Source: Squalus acanthias | Lineage: Eukaryota | NCBI GenBank assembly: GCA_030390025.1 | Contig: CM059431.1 | Coordinates: forward strand, 131,380,001 to 131,444,000 | Direction: 5' to 3' | Length of the DNA stretch: 64,000 nucleotides | Shown here: piece by piece, positions 63,060-64,000 of the stretch | Position numbering within the stretch: position 1 is the stretch's first letter | Layout of the letters: the number at the start of each line of letters is the position of its first letter | Program-made: the position numbers and the translations under genes | Notes under the pieces: model-generated | Seen by the model: the letters and a program-made list of their open reading frames with translations, nothing else | The model's database searches: none | What the model was told of the DNA's origin: nothing

Positions 63060-63945
63060 TACCGAGAAACTCCAGGATGATCTGGACAGGTTGGGTGAGT
63101 GGGCAGAAGCGTGGCAGATGCAATATAACGTGGATAAGTGCGAGGTTATCCACTTTGGTGTCAAAAACAGAAAGGCAGACTATTATCTGAATGGCAATAG
63201 ATTGGGAGAAGGGGAAGTGCAACGAGACCTGGGTGTCCTTGTGCACCAGTCGCTGAAAGTAAGCATGCAGGTGCAGCAGGCGGTGAAGAAGGCAAATGGT
63301 ATGTTGGCCTTCATAGCGAAAGGGTTTGAGTATAGGAACAGGGATGTCCTGCTGCAGTTGTACAGGGCCTTGGTGAGACCACACCTTGAGTACTGTGTGC
63401 AGTTTTGGTCGCCTTATCTGAGGAAGGATGTTCTTGCCATGGAAGGAGTTCAGCGAAGATTCACAAGGCTGATACCTGGGATGGCAGGAATGACATATGA
63501 GGAGAGATTGGGTCGATTGGGCTTATACTCGCTGGAGTATAGAAGAATGAGAGGGGATCTCGTCGAAACATATAGAATTCTGACAGGTCTGGACAAACTA
63601 GATGCAGGAAGAATGTTCCCGATGGTCGGAGAGTCCAGAACCAGGGGTCATAATCTAAGGATAACGGGTAAGCCATTTAGGACAGAAATGAGGAAGAATT
63701 TCTTCACCCAGAGAGTGGTGAACCTGTGGAATTCTCTACCACAGAAGGTAGTTGAGGCCAAGTCATTAAATATATTCAAGAATGAGTTAGATATATTTCT
63801 TAAAGCTAAAAGTATCAAGGGATATGGGGAGAAGGCAGGTACAGGGTACTGAGTTTGGATGATCAGCCATGATCTCATCGAATGGCGGAGCAGGCTCGAG
63901 GGGCCGAATGGCCTACTCCTGCTCCTATCTTCTATGTGTCTATGT
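63060..63945 (+). mobile_element. CR1 LINE 3' fragment with an open 253-aa ORF2 C-terminus (63091-63852)
   Basis: WQMQYNVDKCEVIHFG, LVRPHLEYCVQFWSP, FFTQRVVNLWNSLP; 3' UTR like 11121-11257; TCTATGTG tail. Confidence 0.93.
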
Positions 63946-64000
63946 GTTAAAAAGTACAATAGAACAATTCAATCACAACGGAATCAGTTTAATTTCAAAT

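Overview
Eukaryotic, repeat-dominated DNA with no recognisable host gene. Repeat content (CR1 LINEs with (ATTCTATG)n tails, SacSINE1-like DeuSINEs, L2 remnants, Penelope-like elements) points to a cartilaginous fish, probably a shark; this is an inference. Almost all long ORFs are decayed transposon ORFs. Main contents: (1) about 10 CR1-type LINE fragments, several nested; (2) one full-length but dead two-gene PIF/Harbinger transposon (6498-14260), several deleted relatives and about 10 Harbinger-type MITEs with variable 3-bp TSDs; (3) a near-full-length Penelope-like element (RT + GIY-YIG, 44800-48226) and short Penelope-derived hairpin insertions, each with one intact minimal hammerhead ribozyme; (4) a LINE endonuclease ORF directly downstream of a tRNA-like Pol III head (16139-16963). 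The most notable signals are the ribozyme hairpin mini-elements (covarying helix I, tail/target microhomology), the tRNA-headed LINE, two LINE copies with the same 5' start, and a locally templated 46-bp insertion. All alignments were made by eye and no searches were run.
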